Assembly (NCBI GenBank): GCA_038062835.1
Contig: JBBTWH010000003.1
Coordinates: forward strand, 2,666 to 66,665
DNA length: 64,000 nt
Direction: 5' to 3'
Source: Patescibacteria group bacterium
GTDB lineage: Bacteria; Patescibacteriota; Patescibacteriia; SG8-24; DYFX01
The notes beneath the pieces were generated by a model that saw only the letters and a list, made by a program, of their open reading frames with translations, was not told the DNA's origin and ran no database searches. A program made the translations under genes and the position numbers. Positions 28,811 through 38,023 of the stretch are shown in pieces (position 1 is the first letter of the stretch; the number at the start of each line of letters is the position of its first letter).

Positions 28811-31159
28811 CTATCGGCGCGCGAAGAGGACCGCGATGGCCTCGTCAGCCGTCTCGACCGGCACGAACTTCATCGCCTTGCGCACGTTCTGCGGTATCTC
28901 CTCCAGGTCCCTCTCGTTGTCTTTCGGCAGGACGACGGTGCGGATACCGGCGCGATGCGCGCCCAGCACCTTCTCCTTCAAGCCGCCGATCTCGAGGACG
29001 TGGCCGCGCAGCGTCACTTCGCCCGTGACGGCGACGGAGCGGCGGACCGGCTTGCCCGTGAGCAGCGAGACGATGGCCGCGGTCATGGCCACGCCCGCGG
29101 AGGGGCCGTCCTTGGGGATCGCCCCTTGCGGCACATGCACGTGGATGTCCTCGTCCTTGTTGAAGTCGCCCTTGATGCCGAGCCGTGCGGCGTTCGCGCG
29201 CACGTACGAATGCGCCGCCTGCGCGGATTCCTGCATCACCTTGCCGAGCTGCCCGGTGAGGATGAGCTGTCCTTTGCCGGGCATGCGCGTAGCCTCGATC
29301 GGCAGGATCTCTCCGCCGGCCTCCGTCCAGGCAAGTCCGGTGACGACGCCGACGGCGTCCTTCTTCTCGGCGAGCTGCTGGCGGAACTTCGGAACGCCGA
29401 GGTACTTCGGCACGTCGGACTCGAGAATCGACCACGCTTTCGAGCCGCCGTTCTCGGCGACCTTGCGCGCGATCTTGCGGAAGACCTGCGTGATGCTGCG
29501 TTCGAGATTACGGACGCCGGCCTCGCGCGTATATTCGCGGATGACGCGCTGGATAGCCTTGTCATGGATCTTCACCTTCGTGGCGGCGAGGCCGTGTTCC
29601 TTCTGCGCCTTCGGCACGAGGTAGTCGACGGCGATGCGGACCTTCTCGTCCTCGGTGTAGCCCGGATACTCGATGACCTCCATGCGGTCGCGAAGCGCCG
29701 GAGGAACGGTGTCGAGGATGTTGGCGGTGGTGATGAAGAAGACGTCCGACAGGTCGAACGGCACCTCGAGATAGTGATCGCCGAAGGCGTTGTTCTGCTC
29801 CGGATCGAGCGCTTCCAGGAGCGCCGCCGTCGGATCGCCGCGGAAATCATTGCCGACCTTGTCGATCTCGTCGAGCATGAAGACGGGATTGCGCGTCTTC
29901 GACTGCGAGACTCCCTGGAGGATGCGTCCGGGCAGCGCGCCGACGTAGGTGCGGCGATGTCCGCGGATCTCGGCCTCGTCGCGCAGGCCGCCGAGCGACA
30001 TGCGGAAGAACTTGCGACCCATGGCGCGCGCGATGGATTTGCCGATGGACGTCTTGCCGGTGCCGGGCGGGCCGACGAAGCACAGGATGGATCCGCGCGT
30101 CTTGCCGGCGAGCTTCTGCACCGCCAGGAAGTCGAGGATGCGTTCCTTCACTTTCTCCAGCCCGAAGTGGTCCTCGTCAAGGACCTTCTTCGCCTTGCGG
30201 AGCGAGATCTCGTCCCTGTCGCGGACGGTCCATGGCATGGCGATGAGCCAGTCCAGATAGCCGCGGATGTAGGAAAGCTCGGGCGAGAAACTCGGCATCG
30301 CCTGCATGCGCGCGAGTTCCTTCTGCGCCTTCTGTTTCACCTCGTCAGGCATGCCGACGGCCTCGATCTTCTTGCGCAATTCCTCGGCCTCCGATGCGCC
30401 CCCGCCGTTCATCTGCCCGAGCTCCTTCTCGATCGTCTTCATCTGCTCGCGCAGGAACATCTCCTTCTGCATCTTGTCGATCTCCTTGCCTGTCTCGGCC
30501 GAAAGGTCGCGCGCCATGCGCAGGACTTTCATCTGGCGCTGCAATCCTTCGCGGGCGCGGGCGAGCTTATCCTCGACGGTGCGGGCGGAGAGCACGGCAT
30601 AGCGCTCCTCGACGCTGAAGTCGAGGTTGACGGCGACGAGGTCCGCGAGCTGCCAGGGATCGCTGACGTTCATCACCACGAGCAGGACGTCGAACGGCAC
30701 GTTCGCGCCCATGTTCACGCATTCGCGGAACGAGTTCATCAAGCTGACGCCTTCCGCGTCGACGCGGTCGGTCTTCTGGAACTTCGGCGTCGGCATGACT
30801 TCGGCCTCGGCCCTGATGTACGGATCGACCGCCAGGATCTTCTGGACGCGGGCGCGCAGGACGCCTTCGACGACCAGGCGGACCGTCCCCTTCTGGCGCG
30901 CCGACTCGCGCACCTTGGCGATAGTGCCGATCTCGTAGAGGTCCTCGGCCTTCGGATCGCCGGCGGCGGCGTTCTTCTGCGGCACGAAGAGCACCAGCTT
31001 GTCCTTGGCAAGCGCGGCGTCGAGCGCGCGCACGGAACGCGCGCGGCGCACGGCCAGGGGCGCGGCCACGCCCGGGAAAATGACGACATCCTTCAAAGGG
31101 ATGACGGGCAGCACGCGCTTCTCGGTCGGGTGGTACAGGTCCTGGGAGGCCTCTGCCAT
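28811..31159 (-). CDS. lon: ATP-dependent Lon protease
   Basis: GPPGTGKTS, LDEIDK, PKDGPSAG and IGGLKEK. Confidence 0.99.
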   Translation of the reverse strand: MAEASQDLYHPTEKRVLPVIPLKDVVIFPGVAAPLAVRRARSVRALDAALAKDKLVLFVPQKNAAAGDPKAEDLYEIGTIAKVRESARQKGTVRLVVEGVLRARVQKILAVDPYIRAEAEVMPTPKFQKTDRVDAEGVSLMNSFRECVNMGANVPFDVLLVVMNVSDPWQLADLVAVNLDFSVEERYAVLSARTVEDKLARAREGLQRQMKVLRMARDLSAETGKEIDKMQKEMFLREQMKTIEKELGQMNGGGASEAEELRKKIEAVGMPDEVKQKAQKELARMQAMPSFSPELSYIRGYLDWLIAMPWTVRDRDEISLRKAKKVLDEDHFGLEKVKERILDFLAVQKLAGKTRGSILCFVGPPGTGKTSIGKSIARAMGRKFFRMSLGGLRDEAEIRGHRRTYVGALPGRILQGVSQSKTRNPVFMLDEIDKVGNDFRGDPTAALLEALDPEQNNAFGDHYLEVPFDLSDVFFITTANILDTVPPALRDRMEVIEYPGYTEDEKVRIAVDYLVPKAQKEHGLAATKVKIHDKAIQRVIREYTREAGVRNLERSITQVFRKIARKVAENGGSKAWSILESDVPKYLGVPKFRQQLAEKKDAVGVVTGLAWTEAGGEILPIEATRMPGKGQLILTGQLGKVMQESAQAAHSYVRANAARLGIKGDFNKDEDIHVHVPQGAIPKDGPSAGVAMTAAIVSLLTGKPVRRSVAVTGEVTLRGHVLEIGGLKEKVLGAHRAGIRTVVLPKDNERDLEEIPQNVRKAMKFVPVETADEAIAVLFARR

Positions 31160-31201
31160 GGGAATATTCAGTGCTTACGGCTTTATTCTAACAGAAAAAA
31201 G

Positions 31202-31237
31202 CAAAAACCGTCATTCCCGCGCAGGCTGGAATGACGG
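31202..31237 (-). terminator. Terminator derived from a family-B palindrome
   Basis: ccgtcattcc-cgcgcaggct-ggaatgacgg with an adjacent A-tract. Confidence 0.65.
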
Positions 31238-31262
31238 AGTAAGGTGTACGAGAATGGCGGAT

Positions 31263-31643
31263 TCAGGGGGTGATGCGCGGAAAGACGCGGGACGCTTCCA
31301 GGCGTTCGAGGTCGGAGGCGGTCAGCGCCCGACGCTCGACCAGCGCGTCCACGACGGCGTCGGTCTTGCGTTCGAGTTTTCGGTCGTAGCCGATCAAGTC
31401 GCCTTTCAGGGTGAAGAGCTTCTCGTCCAGGTAGGACTTGGTGACCATCACAGCCTTCATTCCGGTGACTTCCTGCTTAAGTCCGTCAATCTGTCCCGTG
31501 AGGCCGTCGATCTGTCCTGTAAGGCCGTCAATCTGTCCTTGAACTCCGGAGAAGCCCTTGTTGACGGCATCAAGAACGTCGACAAGTTTGTCGTCCATGA
31601 CCTCCCCGATCTGCTTCAAGTCATCTTTTGTGAGCATACCCAT
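31263..31643 (-). CDS. Small coiled-coil heptad-repeat protein (paralog of 55111-55413)
   Basis: MGMLTKDDLKQIGE; GQIDGLT x3 encoded by 21-bp repeats. Confidence 0.8.
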   Translation of the reverse strand: MGMLTKDDLKQIGEVMDDKLVDVLDAVNKGFSGVQGQIDGLTGQIDGLTGQIDGLKQEVTGMKAVMVTKSYLDEKLFTLKGDLIGYDRKLERKTDAVVDALVERRALTASDLERLEASRVFPRITP

Positions 31644-31709
31644 ATGCGCTTAAGAATACTGCCCGCGTCCTAGCATGGACAACAGGCCGGGTGTCAATGG
31701 TCAGTGGCG

Positions 31710-32120
31710 CTAGCCCAACGCGACCCTCAGCTTCTCCGCGACGGCCACCATCTCCCCCTCCTTATAGGCTTCCCCGTGCCACTGGGCATGGCCGTCGCCC
31801 TCGAACCGCGGGATGACGTGGAGGTGCACATGGTCGACCAGCTGGCCGGCGGCGCGGCCGTTGTTGACGGCGATATTGAAGCCCGGCGCGCCGAGCGACT
31901 TCATCATCGCCTCGCCCAGCCGGCGGGCCATGACGGCCATCTCGCGGAGCGCCTCGTCGGAGGTCGAGGCGTAGTCGGCGAAGTGCTTCTTGGGAATGAC
32001 GAGCGCGTGGCCCTGGTTCACGGGCTTGATGTCCATGAAGCAGAGCGTGCGGTCGTTCTCGTGGAGAACGGTCGCGGGGATTTCCTTGCGGGCGATCTTG
32101 CAGAAGAGGCAGTCGTTCAT
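31710..32120 (-). CDS. HIT family hydrolase
   Basis: CLFCKI; GQLVDHVHLHVIPR. Confidence 0.97.
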   Translation of the reverse strand: MNDCLFCKIARKEIPATVLHENDRTLCFMDIKPVNQGHALVIPKKHFADYASTSDEALREMAVMARRLGEAMMKSLGAPGFNIAVNNGRAAGQLVDHVHLHVIPRFEGDGHAQWHGEAYKEGEMVAVAEKLRVALG

Positions 32121-32121
32121 A

Positions 32122-32505
32122 TCATTCGTTCTTGTTGAAGGCGGCGCGGACGGACAAGGCGGCGAGCAGGATGACGACGGACGCGGCGGCGCGCCAGACG
32201 ACGGAGAGCTCGCCTGGCAGGAGGAACCAGGCGGCGACCGCGGCCAGGACCGCAGCGAGCTGGAGCAGCGCGTCGGCGTTCCTGGCGGGGCGATGCGCTG
32301 GATCCATCGCCGAGACGCCCGGATGCGTCGCCATGACCGCCAGCGACGCGGCCATGACGAAGAGCAGGAGCCATAGCACGTTGAAGAAACGCGAGACGGA
32401 CCCGCGCTCGGCGGCTTCGATGATCAGGCAGAGCGCGAGCGTGACGGCACCGGCGCCCCAGGCATCGACGGCCATCTGATGGACGATGGTCTTCGCGGTC
32501 TTCAT
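32122..32505 (-). CDS. Hypothetical membrane protein
   Basis: About four TMs; ATG 32505 overlaps the upstream stop. Confidence 0.65.
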   Translation of the reverse strand: MKTAKTIVHQMAVDAWGAGAVTLALCLIIEAAERGSVSRFFNVLWLLLFVMAASLAVMATHPGVSAMDPAHRPARNADALLQLAAVLAAVAAWFLLPGELSVVWRAAASVVILLAALSVRAAFNKNE

Positions 32506-33695
32506 AGGTCGAGCTTGAAAAGTTCGAGCAGCCGCTTCGCATCGAGCGGCGGGCGGCGGTATTCGACGTCGACGCGGTCCACGCTGACCTTCGCGCCCAG
32601 GTCGCGGATCTTCGGCGCGGAGACGATCATCTGCACGCGGCCCTGCGAGGCAGCGACGGCGCGAAGATTGAACGTCGCGGAGGCCGTGCGCCAGCCGTCG
32701 GCGTCGACGGTCGGGGGCGCATAGCGCGCGACGACGGCTTCGAACGGCGAGGCCGCCAAGTCCGTCTCCCACGTGAAGATCGGGAACTCGGGATCGAACT
32801 TCGTCGCGCCCGGGGGGAACTTCAGGTGTTCGCCGTCGGCGTCGACGAGCGCGACGCGGCCGTGGGCCGAGCGCACTCCGGAGAGCGTCATCGTTTCCGG
32901 CGCCGCGACGTCGATGCGATAGAGGCCGGGCTCGGCACCCGTCAGCGCGAGGTCGACCGCGCCGTCGGCTTGGCGCGTCCGGCTGATCAGGGTAGCGCCC
33001 GCCTTCCTCACGTCGATCCGCGCGACGGCGGTCGCGGGACCGCGAAAGCCGAGCGAGACGTCGAGCGGCCCTTCCTGCACGTAGACGTAGACGGTCCGCG
33101 ACCCCGCGAGCGAGAGCGTCGTCTCGAACGGCTTGTCCTCCGTCTTCGGGAGGCGCATCCCCCAGCGCGCCGGGTCGATGGCGAGGACCGCCACCTTGCC
33201 CGTCGCCGACGCGAGGATCTCCTCGGCCGGACGCGTCGTGGCCTTTTTCTCGTAGACGCGGAACTCGCCATCCTGCCTTGAGGCCCAGCCGGACTCGTCG
33301 AGCATCGGCAGATCGATCGGCTTCAGGTCGAAGCTCCAGGCCTCGAGGTCGGTGCGCGCGCCCAGCGCGAGGTACGGCTGCCCCTGGTTCTTATAGCGCA
33401 AGGTCACGCGCGCCGTATCGTACAGCCTCGGAGCGGCGACGTGGAAATAGACCGGCTCCGCCACGATTTCCGAACGCCAGAGCGCGCCTTCCCGCGTCGG
33501 GCGCGCGCGGTCGAGCGGCGTGAAGCCGCCGAAGAATCCGGACGGTTCGGCCATGCGCGCGGAAGCGGAAAGGACGCCCGACGGCGGCAGGTTGCGGGCG
33601 ACGATCAGGAGCAGGAGCCCCGCACCCGCCATGAACCACAGGAGGCGCAGGAAACTCCTGACGAACGAGAGCTGCGTGACGGCGCTGTCTTTCAT
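32502..33695 (-). CDS. Hypothetical membrane-anchored protein
   Basis: N-terminal TM then beta-rich region; coupled to both neighbours. Confidence 0.7.
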   Translation of the reverse strand: MKDSAVTQLSFVRSFLRLLWFMAGAGLLLLIVARNLPPSGVLSASARMAEPSGFFGGFTPLDRARPTREGALWRSEIVAEPVYFHVAAPRLYDTARVTLRYKNQGQPYLALGARTDLEAWSFDLKPIDLPMLDESGWASRQDGEFRVYEKKATTRPAEEILASATGKVAVLAIDPARWGMRLPKTEDKPFETTLSLAGSRTVYVYVQEGPLDVSLGFRGPATAVARIDVRKAGATLISRTRQADGAVDLALTGAEPGLYRIDVAAPETMTLSGVRSAHGRVALVDADGEHLKFPPGATKFDPEFPIFTWETDLAASPFEAVVARYAPPTVDADGWRTASATFNLRAVAASQGRVQMIVSAPKIRDLGAKVSVDRVDVEYRRPPLDAKRLLELFKLDL

Positions 33696-35311
33696 AGGTC
33701 CGTTTCAAGGTCATGCGCGGCCTCAGCGCCGTATCGGTCCATCCGGAAGATCGCCTCGCCGGGAATCGGCCTTCCGACCTCGCGCCACTCCAGGCCCTGC
33801 TCGTCCGCCAGCGCGGAAAGCCTCGAGGCCTCGTCCGCGGTCGGCTGAAGGCCGTACCAGTAGACGGGGGCGAACTCCGCGGCGCGCGCGGCCGCGACGA
33901 AGGCTCCGGCGTCGGTCGCGGGGATGATGCGCATGCGTTCGGGCACGAGCAGCTTGTCGAAGCGCTCGGTCATCACGACGGCCTGGGGCTCGATCCATTC
34001 GAGCAGCTCCTGTTTCTTGGCCGCGTTGCCTTCAAGCGTCCGCCGTACGGCCCGCAGGCTCTCATCGCCGGCGAAGACCGACGCATGGACGCCGAGAAGC
34101 GCGCAGAGGACCGCGGCGACGGGCATCAGCCGAGGCGCGCGCGGGAGTTCCCCGAGCCGAACGAGGGCCAGCGCGGCGAACGGAAGCGCGGCGACGTAGG
34201 CGGGCAGGAAGTAACGGACGTAGGAGGTGCCGATCGTGACCGCGCCCGGATCGAAGCGGTCGCGGACGAACCAGCTGCCGTAGAGCAGGGCCAGCCAGGT
34301 GGCGGTCATGAGCGCCGCGAGCGCGTACGTCTTCTGCGGCGAAGTCGCCTTGCGGAACCGAGCCAGCCACCAGGCGAACCCGGCGGCGGCCAAGATCGAC
34401 TGCCACCAGAAGAGCTTCAATCCGTAGTTCCAGACGTTGCGGGCGACGAGACGCGGGTGCACGCCGAACGGCAGGAGCGCCTTGGGAGCGGCCTCGATCT
34501 CCGCGTCCGGCGAGGGAGCGGCGATCGAAGCTTCCGCGACGACGGGCGCCGGCGCGACGTAGGCGGTGCGCAGCGGCGAACCGTACAGGGTCGCGTTGAG
34601 GCGCAGGAAGACGAGGAGCGGCACGAGTCCGCCGAGGACGGCCGCGCCCAGGCGCCGCCAGCGGTCCTTGCCGGCGAACGGCAGGAAGGCCGCGAAGGCC
34701 GGGATGACCCAGATCGCTTCCGACGTGCGGACGACGAGCGCCCAGGCCAGGATGAAGCCGCCCAAGGCGTCGTCCGTCCGCGCGCGAGCGCCGAAGAAGG
34801 CGCTGAGCGGCCTGAGCGCGAAGAACGCTGCGGCGACGATGAGCGCGTCGATGAACAGCATGTTGTGGAACATGCCGCGCGCGCCGTAATACAGGACGGC
34901 GGGATGCACGAAGAAGAGCGCGGCGGCCCAGGCGCCGGACTTCCGATCGAAAAGCCTCGAGACGAGCGCGCCGAAACAGAGTCCGGCGATGGCGGTCAGG
35001 ATGGGCGTATAGAGGAAGAGCGGCAGCTTGAAGAGGAAGGTGAAGACGCCGTACAGCAGGATGATGCCCGGAAAGCTTCCCGGCACCAGCGCGTCGCCCA
35101 CGACGGCCATCGAGCGAGGGTGCATGGCGCCAGCGCCGAGTCCGACGAAGTCGTCGAAGACCTGCAACGGCTCCCCCGCCGCGACACGCATCGCCCAGAA
35201 GGCGTTGGAAGCCTCGTCCGGAGAGTTCCAGACGCCGTCGACCGGCCGGCCGTACCAGACGGCGACCGAGAGGAACAAGGCGAGGGACGCGATGACGGAA
35301 AAACGCCTCAT
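33692..35311 (-). CDS. GT-C fold (PMT/GT39-like) membrane glycosyltransferase
   Basis: NSPDE acidic motif after TM1; multiple TMs; LYGSPLRTAY and SYVRYFLP. Confidence 0.7.
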   Translation of the reverse strand: MRRFSVIASLALFLSVAVWYGRPVDGVWNSPDEASNAFWAMRVAAGEPLQVFDDFVGLGAGAMHPRSMAVVGDALVPGSFPGIILLYGVFTFLFKLPLFLYTPILTAIAGLCFGALVSRLFDRKSGAWAAALFFVHPAVLYYGARGMFHNMLFIDALIVAAAFFALRPLSAFFGARARTDDALGGFILAWALVVRTSEAIWVIPAFAAFLPFAGKDRWRRLGAAVLGGLVPLLVFLRLNATLYGSPLRTAYVAPAPVVAEASIAAPSPDAEIEAAPKALLPFGVHPRLVARNVWNYGLKLFWWQSILAAAGFAWWLARFRKATSPQKTYALAALMTATWLALLYGSWFVRDRFDPGAVTIGTSYVRYFLPAYVAALPFAALALVRLGELPRAPRLMPVAAVLCALLGVHASVFAGDESLRAVRRTLEGNAAKKQELLEWIEPQAVVMTERFDKLLVPERMRIIPATDAGAFVAAARAAEFAPVYWYGLQPTADEASRLSALADEQGLEWREVGRPIPGEAIFRMDRYGAEAAHDLETDL

Positions 35312-35874
35312 AATCCGTGGCGGAAAAGGCTGACGAGCGCGAGGACGCAAGCCGCGCCGAAAGCGGCATACGAAGCCGTCGCGAAACTTTCCGATCCCGT
35401 CTGGAGCGCGATCAAGTAGAAAGTGACGCCGATCGTCTGGCTGAACATCTTGAGCTTGCCCCACCAGTTCGCGGCGACGATCTCGCCTTGCGTCTTCCTA
35501 TACCAGCCGCCCGCCAGGAACGCCGCCTCGAGTCCGATGACGACGGCGACGAGCGTCGGCGGAAAGTGGCGCGTCAAGAGAAGCAGGGCGACCGAGCCGA
35601 TGAGAAGCTTGTCGGCGACCGGATCCCACAGGATGCCCCAAGCCGTGACTTGGCCGCGCGTGCGGGCCAGGGAGCCGTCGAGCATGTCCGTCAGGGCGGT
35701 CACGACGAAGAGCGGGGTCGCCAATTCGTAGCGACCCTCGTACAGCAGCCACAGCACCATCGGCGTCATGAACATGCGCGCGACGGTGATCTGGTTGGGC
35801 GTCGTCTCCTTCGGCACGAGCTTGAGGATCGTGGCGGCCAGGATGCGGTCGTGCAAGTAAATCTTCGCGGTCAT
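35308..35874 (-). CDS. CDP-alcohol phosphatidyltransferase (PgsA-like)
   Basis: PNQITVAR; TDMLDGSLAR...GILWDPVADK. Confidence 0.92.
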   Translation of the reverse strand: MTAKIYLHDRILAATILKLVPKETTPNQITVARMFMTPMVLWLLYEGRYELATPLFVVTALTDMLDGSLARTRGQVTAWGILWDPVADKLLIGSVALLLLTRHFPPTLVAVVIGLEAAFLAGGWYRKTQGEIVAANWWGKLKMFSQTIGVTFYLIALQTGSESFATASYAAFGAACVLALVSLFRHGL

Positions 35875-35896
35875 CTTCCTATGGTAGAATCAGGTC
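35875..35896. promoter_or_regulatory. Bidirectional leaderless promoter
   Basis: TAGAAT on + and TACCAT on - share a TA; each lies 6 nt from its ATG. Confidence 0.7.
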
Positions 35897-38023
35897 ATGA
35901 AGCCGCTTCATTCTACCATTTTGGCCTCGTTCGGCGGAGTGCTGGCCGCCTTGGGCATGGCTTCCGCGGCCTTCGCTTCCCTGAAACCGCTGGGCGGCCT
36001 GCTTTTCTTCGCCGGAACGGCCGTCCTCGTCGGACGCATGGCCTTCCCGGAGGAGCGGCGTCCGATCCGATGGACGTTCGGGCTTCTCGGCGCGTCGGCC
36101 CTGACGGCCGTCTTCGGGACCGTCGTCTACTACGCCTACAAGCTCGATACGATGGGACTTTCCTGGCTCCTGATCTCGATGCCGTGGGTCGTCTTCGCGT
36201 TCACGCCGCTCGCGAAGGACAAGCGCGAGCGCGCGGCCGAAGCGGAGATCAAGGTCGAGAAGACCGCGCCGGAGGATTCCCTTTCGGCCGTGCTTCTCGC
36301 GCTGACGGTCCTCTCCGACGCCGCCGCGCTCCGCTGGCTCGCCGGCGCGCGCACCGACGAGGCGATCCGTACGCCGTGGGAGGCGGTCCCGCCGATCTTC
36401 TTCCTCTGGATCGGCATCGCGACCGTCTGCCTCGCGGCCCTCGCGTACCGCAAGCGCTATCCGCATCTCGCCCTCGGCGCCGCGTCCCTGCATCTCTTCA
36501 CCTTGCTCGCCCCCGCCGCCTTGGTCTACGCGGTCGGATACGGCTTCGACCCGTTCGTCCACCAAGCCGCCGAACGCCTGGTCTCCGCCGTCGGCGAAAT
36601 CACGCCGAAGACGCCGTACTACGTCGGGCAGTACGCGCTCGTGACCGTCATCGCGAAGCTGTTCCGCATCGGCGCCGAAAGCGTCGACCGATACCTCCTC
36701 CCCGTCATGACGGCCGTCTTCCTGCCGGCCGCCGCAGCTTGGCTCCTGCGGCGCGGCTTCGGCGTCGCGCGCGGACTGGCGCTCGTCGGCGCCATGGGCG
36801 TGTTCCTCCTGCCGCTCGGCTCGTTCGTCTCGACGACCCCGCAGGGCGTCTCCAACCTGTTCTTCCTGCTGACCGTCATCGTCGGCGCCGCCTGGCTGCA
36901 CGCGCACCGTCCGCCGCTCGGCTTCGTGCTCGCGCTCGCCGCAGCATCCGCCGCCGCGCATCCTCTGGCCGGCATCCCGGCGCTCTTCGCGGCGGCGCTG
37001 CTCATGACCGTGAAGCTGCGCCACGACGGACTCGCGCTCCCGCGCATCTCCAAAGCGATCGTCTTCGGCATCCTGCTGGGCGCGGCGGCGCTGGCGGTCC
37101 CCTTCGCCTTCTCGCTCCGTGAAGGGACGGGCAGCCTGCCCATCGAAGCGGCTTTCAAAAAACCGATCGCGACGCTCGTCGAGAACGTGCCCTTCGAAGG
37201 GCCGGGACTCGAGACGCGCTATCGTCCCCTCCTCGACTTCGCGGAGTTCATCGACCGCAACTACGACCTCCTCTGGCTCATCATGGCCGGCGCGGGAGCA
37301 TGGCTCCTCGGCCGGCAAAAGCCTTTCCGCCGCTCGGCGCTCGCGCTCGGCGGCCTTTCCTTGGCGCTCCTGGCGGGTTCGTCCGTCCTGAGGACAGGCT
37401 TCACGTTCGAGGACGTCATCGGCTACGAGCAGGGCAACTACGCCGCCCGGCTGTATGAAGCGGGGCTCTTGGCCGCTTCGCCGCTCGTCCTGGCCGCTTT
37501 CGCCTGGTGGTGGCGCGCGCTCACGAAGACCGACGCCGCCGTGCGCTTCCTGATGGCGCTCGTCTTCGCCGCGGCCGTCGCCGCGCTGGCCTACGGCGCG
37601 TTCCCCCGCCTCGACGACTACCGCTGGAGCCGCGGGTATTCGACCTCGGCGCACGACGTCGAAGCCGTCCGCTGGATCGACACGCACGCCATCGGCCCGT
37701 ACGTCGTGCTGGCGAACCAGTCCGTCTCCGCCGCCGCGCTCCGCGAATACGGGTTCCGCACCTACTACGGCGACCAGTTCTATTATTCGATCCCGACCGG
37801 CGCGCCGCTGTATCAGAAATATCTCGAGATGGTCTACGACGCGCCCTCTCGCGCGACGATGGACGCCGCCATGCGCGATATCGGCGTGCGCCAAGCGTAC
37901 TTCGTCATCAACGACTACTGGACCGACGCGGGGCGCATCATCGACGCCGCGAAAAAAACCGCCGACGACTGGCAGGAGGTCGGCGACGGCAAGGTCTTCA
38001 TCTTCCGGTATACGCTCCGGTAG
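35897..38023 (+). CDS. Polytopic membrane protein, possible GT-C glycosyltransferase
   Basis: Many TMs, GYGFDPFVH loop motif, C-terminal soluble domain (DVEAVRWID). Confidence 0.65.
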   Translation: MKPLHSTILASFGGVLAALGMASAAFASLKPLGGLLFFAGTAVLVGRMAFPEERRPIRWTFGLLGASALTAVFGTVVYYAYKLDTMGLSWLLISMPWVVFAFTPLAKDKRERAAEAEIKVEKTAPEDSLSAVLLALTVLSDAAALRWLAGARTDEAIRTPWEAVPPIFFLWIGIATVCLAALAYRKRYPHLALGAASLHLFTLLAPAALVYAVGYGFDPFVHQAAERLVSAVGEITPKTPYYVGQYALVTVIAKLFRIGAESVDRYLLPVMTAVFLPAAAAWLLRRGFGVARGLALVGAMGVFLLPLGSFVSTTPQGVSNLFFLLTVIVGAAWLHAHRPPLGFVLALAAASAAAHPLAGIPALFAAALLMTVKLRHDGLALPRISKAIVFGILLGAAALAVPFAFSLREGTGSLPIEAAFKKPIATLVENVPFEGPGLETRYRPLLDFAEFIDRNYDLLWLIMAGAGAWLLGRQKPFRRSALALGGLSLALLAGSSVLRTGFTFEDVIGYEQGNYAARLYEAGLLAASPLVLAAFAWWWRALTKTDAAVRFLMALVFAAAVAALAYGAFPRLDDYRWSRGYSTSAHDVEAVRWIDTHAIGPYVVLANQSVSAAALREYGFRTYYGDQFYYSIPTGAPLYQKYLEMVYDAPSRATMDAAMRDIGVRQAYFVINDYWTDAGRIIDAAKKTADDWQEVGDGKVFIFRYTLR

